A stretch of DNA of 64,000 nt from Mesotaenium endlicherianum (lineage: Eukaryota). The number at the start of each line of letters is the position of its first letter. Position 1 is the stretch's first letter. The translations under genes and the position numbers were made by a program. The stretch spans positions 62,001-126,000 of the forward strand of contig WELA01001776.1 in the NCBI GenBank assembly GCA_009602735.1, in the 5' to 3' direction. Under the pieces are notes generated by a model, which worked only from the letters and a program-made list of their open reading frames with translations, had not been told where the DNA came from and searched no databases. Positions 60,301 through 64,000 of this stretch are shown in pieces.

Positions 60301-60361
60301 GCCTGCTGCCAGCCCGAGCACCCAGCCCAGCCCCAAGCGCGGCTGGGGCTTGTTCAAGTGA
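49258..60361 (+). CDS. 12-exon gene for a ~2390-aa repetitive coiled-coil protein of unknown function
   Basis: Predicted exons 49258-49300, 49815-51184, 51437-51646, 52220-52294, 52614-52964, 53273-53524, 53817-55109, 55399-55920, 56182-56499, 56908-59028, 59361-59570, 59954-60361. All introns are GT..AG and phase-compatible. Total 7173 nt, no stops seen. Confidence 0.82.
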
Positions 60362-62170
60362 TCGGCAGGTTGTTGATGCTGCATTGGTGGAGGTCTGTAA
60401 TCCATCTTCTTGATTCAGGTTGCTTGATCTGGCCTGTCTGCTGTGGTCATGGTGATTGGGGTTTGGCAGCTGCGTAACCTGTTGAATGTGGTGGTGTTGT
60501 AGTCCTCTCTGGTAGGTCATGGTTTGTCAAATATTTATGTTTGCCAACAAGGTAGTTTTATTGAGTGTTGGAGCTTGTCGGGTTATATATACAGCCAGCC
60601 TCTTCCAGGCTGGAAACGGACCTGCTTGTCATGTCCGCAGGTAGTTTTACGCTTGCTTTTTAGGATCTGATTGTTGCAGCAAGACTGCAACTTATGTCCA
60701 TGTTGTTGTCCAGACTATGAAGCCTTATTGACTATACAATGCTAATCACCTTTTTAACCTGTTGGTTTCTGCCATGGATTACATTGGACATGTTCAAGTC
60801 TCCGGACAATGGGTCGTATTGCCAAATTCAACTGCCAACTTATCATTCCAATGTTGGTATTGCAAAGCCCCCCCGTAGTTTGTATCTTGTGCACTCAACG
60901 TGAGCCCTAAATACTTACATTGAAGGTATTTTGAGGACTATTGGAAAATTTCAGTAGTTCTATGAGATTCCTTTGGCATCGAATGGACATGTACAGCTCG
61001 CCATCATCTGTTAGCATTTCCATATCACACTCTCCTTCTGATGAAGCATCATGTTCCCGCAACACAATTTGTTATCAAGGTATTGCATTATCTTCCTATG
61101 TCAATGAGCAAGACTTTTTGGGGTGCGTGAAATTGGTTGATGTTCATGAAAGTGCAGGGTCTATCGTCTTGTTTAAAATCTGAAGGTTTGCAACATAATA
61201 TGTCGCAAACCGAAATTTGACAAGTGTGATACTTATCGATTTGCTAACACGTTGTCGCTCTGGCTCTGTAATGTTTCAGATAGATAAAGTACTTAGTAGT
61301 ATAGAATACTTTATCTATTCAAGACAAGGATCTTTGAACACAAGTGGAAGCTTCTTGAAAGAGAGATAACTTCTTGAAAGTTGATATATTTTTGCAATTT
61401 GGCAAGTACAAGAGTGATTCTAGAATGCCTTTCGATGTTCTAGCTCTTGTTTATATACTTGGTTCATAAATAATATTTCAGGATGGTGCATGTTGATGTG
61501 TTGGCACCCGACACATCCCAAAACTTGCCACCTCTTTGTATAATGTACACGTGTCCTTTTGACCTAAAAATGACATATTTGACTTTTGCCACGTGGAGTT
61601 CTTCTAGGTCCTTCCTCTAACTTCGAAAATGCCTTAGAAGGTTCAAAGGACATGGACCAAGTCACTAGAGTATCTATTTACACTTGAATCCACGCAAAAC
61701 TACTCTAAAAATATTCAAAATCATAATAATAAAAACAAACTAAGATATTCTAACTCATATCACTACACTCTCGACACACCTAAACCCACTAAAGCTTTTT
61801 TCTTGTGATGCAACATTCATTGCAGCAGGACCTAAGCTGCTACACTTACCCACCCACCCTATAATCCCCACACTGGAGCTGCAAGGGTTTGGGCACGAGC
61901 CTCAAGCTTAGTACCATCTACCAGTATCAGCCAATGAAAGATTGAATATGGTTGTCTCAACATAGTCGGGTAGATTTAAATGGTAGCAAATAATAGCTAA
62001 ACTTAAAGAGGATTAGACAAGAATAATGCATTTTTTGTAGCATATTACTTCTACTATTCTTTCTAATCACCTTCTTTCTTTCAAAATCAGGCAATTTGAT
62101 GACATTTTGTCAAATGTTAATCTCGATCTGGCCCCCATACGTTTTATAGATCCATATACCACTGATGCAT

Positions 62171-62242
62171 GTTCGATTTCTTCATACATCCACCTTAACA
62201 CACATAGTTCGATTTCTTCATACATCCACCTTAACACACATA
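62171..62242. repeat. Perfect 36-bp tandem duplication
   Basis: GTTCGATTTCTTCATACATCCACCTTAACACACATA twice. Confidence 0.85.
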
Positions 62243-62703
62243 CTACAATCAGAGTCACTTGCATCAGAGTGAAACACCGTCCTCCTTATGGACATAAGCG
62301 TGTCACATGCACGGCACCAAGTGACAAAGTGCATCACTTGGTTTGACCGATCTTAGTCACGCTTTCGCGTGTCAGCACTTTGACCGTCACTATTGACTTT
62401 GTACGTGTCAGCAACCTTGGTCGGTGAGTCAACGTTGACTTTCCGTACCTGAGGCAGCCGTGACTTGCGTCAGGCGTGCTGCGTCGTCCAACTTGTAATA
62501 GTTGCAACAAGGTGTAGCCTGCGGAGAATTTGAACAAGGCACAAAAAATCAATTGGGCAAGTATTTCGACGGACCGACGTTGTGCTTAGCCGTATCGGAA
62601 CCATGACACTTGTGAGGCTCTCTTGCACGTGTTTCAAGTTAAGTAGAGAAGATTTTGAAGGTCACTTGTTGATTCCAAGTTCTTGAACAAATAAATGACG
62701 GTT

Positions 62704-62724
62704 AATTGGTAAGTCGATTCATTT
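62704..62724 (+). repeat. Isolated family-A-like LTR terminus
   Basis: AATTGGTAAGTCGATTCATTTC closely matches the family A LTR end. The extent of the parent element was not resolved. Confidence 0.5.
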
Positions 62725-64000
62725 CTTTGGACCTCTGGGGTGGAAACCGTGGAATGGTAGTAGTGAGCACATGCATGTCTTAATAGAGTGGTATTTCATG
62801 TGAAAGGTGCCATTTGGCAATGCAGATGCCTCCTCACCAGAGGTGGATAAAGTTATTGGAAGTAAGCATGTAAGACTAGCAACTTGGACTGCAGACACGT
62901 AACAAAAACTATAGCGCATCTCACAAGCTAGTGCAATATTTCACCATTCAAAACGCGCAAAGCATGTAACAGCAAACATATTAAGTATGGATTGCTTTGG
63001 CGTGAGCAGCAAGATGAAGTGCAAGCATGGAGGAATCAATAACTGGACACGACGCATAATTCCGTGGGTAAAATGAAAATCCCTTTTCACGCAGAAGTGG
63101 AATACATTGTTAGACAAGCTCGTAACACTCCAGAGTATAGAGACCACAAACAAGAGATCTATATCAAATTATTAGAGCTATCAAAAGGTTACATCACGCT
63201 ACGTCCTAAGAGATGGTGAACTTGGAGCGTAAGAAGAGTAGGTTGAGAACTTAAAAATACAAGAAGAAATGTATATTCTCGGAAACTGTAAATTGGAATA
63301 TGACCTTGCGTGCCGTCTTGGCGCCTTGAGCGTGATACGCATAAAAAACTCAAAGGGGTTGAAAGAGGTTGATAGGGGTTGAAGTAGTACGATTAAATGA
63401 CCGTCACTTAGACGACCTGAAAAGCGACGACTCATTACGACCAGTAAGGAATACTACGTACCTGCGCTAGTCAACAGGTCAATACGTGCTGTGTTGTGTC
63501 CGCATCCTAGGACGAGTATCTACACCTGATCTTCACCTTGACAGAAAGTGACCGCAGGCGCGCCCCAGCGAGCAGCTGCCAGTATCTGGCAAATAACCCC
63601 TCCAGCTGCAAAAGTGAGTGAAAATGCTCCAAGTATGATGCAGACCTCTTCGTTTCGTCATACCAACAGGTTCCAGAGCTCGTTCAGATCTCTCAAAAGG
63701 CATAACCCTGTTGGAGAGTCACCATCAGAGTCTACTTTCCGTCGCACTCTGCTAAGAACATCACTTAATGATATGCTCGCTTATATGGCTAGATTGGGAC
63801 GCGGCCTTTTATACGACGACTCAGTAAAACTGCTCCCCGACAACGTGACTCTTGTGACAATGGATAAACTCTTGCCTGCAGGAGCCGTCTTGAGCGTTTT
63901 CGTCGCAACAGTCATTGCTGCAGTAGCCAGAAGTCACAGAAAGACTTCGAACAAGAAGTGCTCTAATGAACGTTATCCCATTCACAGCAGCAAAAACATG

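Noticed and set aside
49790..60361. Regular ~105-bp periodicity as a CRISPR-like or satellite array
   Set aside because: The repeats vary at synonymous positions, stay in frame and are split by spliceosomal introns, so this is a protein repeat.
61201..61815. Possible solo LTR (TGTCGCA...TGCAACA, AT-rich)
   Set aside because: The flanks (TAATA / TTCAT) do not form a TSD and there is no second copy in the window.
63200..64000. Possible degenerate coding sequence at the window end
   Set aside because: The frames I examined contain stops and no motif was recognised.

Overview
This is eukaryotic genomic DNA, probably from a streptophyte or other green alga (an inference from its transposon content). 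Bases 1 to ~46,100 are two stacks of nested, decaying Ty3/Gypsy LTR retrotransposons, almost all on the minus strand. Left stack: chromovirus A1 contains chromovirus B, which contains chromovirus A2. Right stack: an old family-C relic contains chromovirus A3, which contains element C and solo LTR D. The four insertion junctions with perfect or near-perfect 5-bp target-site duplications (TSDs) are A2, B, A3 and D; C has a 4-bp one. The standout is element C (22731-35810). It is GC-rich and its polyprotein reads Gag-protease-DNMT3-like cytosine methyltransferase-RT-RNaseH-DDE integrase-PHD finger. Its ends are not an ordinary LTR pair but split direct repeats (A-ORF-B-A-B) with a near-palindromic CA|GC|TG junction and no tRNA primer site that I could recognise. 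I know that layout only from tyrosine-recombinase retrotransposons. Family A carries a fast-diverging extra ORF of unknown function between two polypurine tracts. Families A and B both show -1 frameshift signals. 49258-60361 is a 12-exon host gene for a ~2390-aa coiled-coil protein built from ~45 copies of a 35-aa ELEGKRRxLLExQV repeat. All coordinates and alignments were read by eye; no searches were run.
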